Below are positions 62,326 to 64,000 of a DNA stretch of 64,000 bases, piece by piece. Origin of the DNA: Thermoplasmatota archaeon. Its GTDB lineage: Archaea > Thermoplasmatota > Thermoplasmata > Thermoplasmatales > Thermoplasmataceae. A model generated the notes under the pieces. The model was not told the DNA's origin. It made no database searches and was given only the letters and a program-made list of their open reading frames with translations. The translations under genes were made by a program, and so were the position numbers. The stretch lies in NCBI GenBank assembly GCA_023484105.1, contig JAMDBD010000029.1:56716-120715 (forward strand), given 5' to 3'. Position 1 is the stretch's first letter; every line of letters starts with the position of its first letter.

Positions 62326-63665
62326 GTCACCACCCTCATTTCAGTGGGTTTTTTGGTAACATGGCCAAGACGCACGCCATAGATATTTCTTATGCCAACG
62401 TTAAAAGCCGCATCCACCAGTCTCTGCGAGACTACACCGCCGGAAACAATTATCCTGCCTCCCTGAAGGCTGTTCAGTTTTTCAATTGCCTCTGGGAGCG
62501 GTATAGCCGAGATCAGTATTCCGTCCTCTCCGTATATCTCCATCTTCTTCTCCCTGAGGAGATATTCTGCCCTCGACTCTATTGCCTTTGTATCCCTTAG
62601 GTCTATCCTTCCCGCTTCTGTCTGGCCCTCATGTTTCACTTCCGCGGCAACCTGTGAACCTTCCTGCACATTCTGATCAATGCCCGGTGGTTGATTGATC
62701 TCTCTCCCCTGACTCTTCCCATTCTGCTGTGCAACTAATGCTTCATTGCTATCCACAACAACTTTCTTTGCAAATCCCTGCTTCTCTACCTGATTTCTCT
62801 GGTTCAGTTCCTTGAGCTCCTCGGACATACCGCGCATGGAGAGATATTGAGATACGGGCATCTTATACCTGAGAGCCTTCACGATCTGTTTATATGTGAG
62901 CTCTTCCACTTCAGTTCCTGGAGGTGCTCGTGCTACAAAGTCAACTTCTGCTACCTGGAGCATCTCTTTCAGTATCAGGTCTCCTCCTCTATCCCCGTCA
63001 AGGAATATTATCACGGTTCTTTCTCTGGAGAGGTCCTGAACTGTCTTGGGTATGTTAGTTCCCTGAACTGCTATTGTGTTTTTTATGCCGTATTTCAGAA
63101 GATTAAGAACGTCGTTTCTCCCTTCCACGACTATAATGGAATCAGAGTCCTTTATTGCCGGTCCTGCAGGAAGCTTTTCCTCACCATATGAAATTATTTC
63201 GGCTCTCTCAACCTCCTCTCTCACGGCCTGAACGATACTTTCAGAAACATTCTTGCCGCTCTGGGACATCTTTTTATACAGTTGTTCGGCCCTTTCAACA
63301 ACTTTTTGCCTCTTCTGAACCCTGACATCCTCAACGCTTTCAACTTCAAGTTTTGCCTTGCACGGACCGATCCTGTCGATCGTTTCAAGTGCCGCAGCAA
63401 GTATTGAGCTCTCAACCTGGTCAAGACCCGACGGAATTAGAACAACTCCCTCCGTCTTACCCTTCTTGCTATCTATCTCAACCTCTATTCGACCAATTCT
63501 TCCCCCTTTCTGGAGATCCCTGAGGTCAAGCTCCTCTCCAAGTAATCCTTCAGTCTGCCCAAATATTGCGCCAACTACGTCTGGTTTCTCAACTACCCCA
63601 TCTGCTGTAATCCTTACTTTGATCAGATATTTTGTTAAATTCGGATCTACATTCATATTTTCCAC
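62307..63665 (-). CDS. dnaG: Archaeal DnaG (Toprim-domain primase homologue / exosome-associated)
   Basis: YLIKVRITADGVVEKPDVVGAIFGQTEGLLG and Toprim motifs IVVEGRNDVLNLLKYGIKN and IFLDGDRGGDLI. Confidence 0.9.
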   Translation of the reverse strand: MENMNVDPNLTKYLIKVRITADGVVEKPDVVGAIFGQTEGLLGEELDLRDLQKGGRIGRIEVEIDSKKGKTEGVVLIPSGLDQVESSILAAALETIDRIGPCKAKLEVESVEDVRVQKRQKVVERAEQLYKKMSQSGKNVSESIVQAVREEVERAEIISYGEEKLPAGPAIKDSDSIIVVEGRNDVLNLLKYGIKNTIAVQGTNIPKTVQDLSRERTVIIFLDGDRGGDLILKEMLQVAEVDFVARAPPGTEVEELTYKQIVKALRYKMPVSQYLSMRGMSEELKELNQRNQVEKQGFAKKVVVDSNEALVAQQNGKSQGREINQPPGIDQNVQEGSQVAAEVKHEGQTEAGRIDLRDTKAIESRAEYLLREKKMEIYGEDGILISAIPLPEAIEKLNSLQGGRIIVSGGVVSQRLVDAAFNVGIRNIYGVRLGHVTKKPTEMRVVTWDRRM

Positions 63666-63838
63666 CTTGATGATTTTTCTTTACGTAACACGGTAAATGA
63701 ATTGGTTTTTTACCACTCACCATTGGGAAATAGATTTCTAAAGAATATTTAATCTATTCGTTATTTTATTTACAGTTTTACATATTAATTTTGCTAACGA
63801 ACTAATTAAATAATTTCATACAATGGTCTCTCGTACTT

Positions 63839-64000
63839 ATGATCAGGTTCGGTATAGCTGGAATTCCCCTTACCAGCAAGGGAAGGACTTTTGTGGATTC
63901 CGTGATAGATTCTCATATGCTCGGGCTGAATGCACTTGAAGTTCAGTTGCTGAGGGTTAACGTGGAGGAAACCCCTGCTACAGAATATGCAGGAATGAGC
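63839..64000 (+). CDS. Xylose-isomerase-like TIM-barrel protein (endonuclease IV / sugar-phosphate isomerase family), N-terminal fragment
   Basis: The ATG at 63839 opens MIRFGIAGIPLTSKGRTFVDSVIDSHMLGLNALEVQLLRVNVEE, which runs off the window end. Confidence 0.5.
   Translation, partial: MIRFGIAGIPLTSKGRTFVDSVIDSHMLGLNALEVQLLRVNVEETPATEYAGMS

Overview
This window looks like a housekeeping segment of an archaeal chromosome, very probably order Thermoplasmatales (acidophilic, wall-less Euryarchaeota). The reasons follow. (i) A complete 16S rRNA gene (736-2205, minus) and a complete 23S rRNA gene (about 24468-27398, minus) lie about 22 kb apart. They are separated by about 20 protein genes, there is no 5S gene or spacer tRNA, and each has its own flanking processing helix. 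This is the unlinked rRNA layout known from Thermoplasma. (ii) A 143-aa zinc-type ferredoxin closely matches my recollection of the protein-sequenced Thermoplasma acidophilum ferredoxin. (iii) Archaeal markers are present: SecE-Spt5, RpoK, Dph2, class I LysRS, NAC, class I CCA-adding enzyme, archaeal DnaG and a LonB-like AAA+ protein. (iv) There is a heavily sequon-decorated secreted serine-carboxyl (S53) protease. Coding density is high, with many 1-20 nt gene overlaps and mostly short intergenic regions, consistent with many leaderless mRNAs. I saw no CRISPR array, transposase, integrase, tRNA or obvious defence island. The points most worth a second look are: a glycyl-tRNA synthetase whose conserved N-terminus has no canonical start codon (candidate CTG start overlapping the upstream stop); an Spt5 with a roughly 140-aa N-terminal extension; a five-gene MoxR/DUF58/DUF4129 membrane cluster; a protease-less, zinc-ribbon LonB-like ATPase coupled to DnaG; two unknown genes translationally coupled to dph2; a bacterial-style sufCBDSU-ferredoxin operon with a divergent SufR-like regulator; a candidate DtxR operator over a TATA box; one candidate C/D-box sRNA; and two unusual intergenic regions. 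All calls come from reading the sequence and ORF translations by eye. No searches or computations were run.
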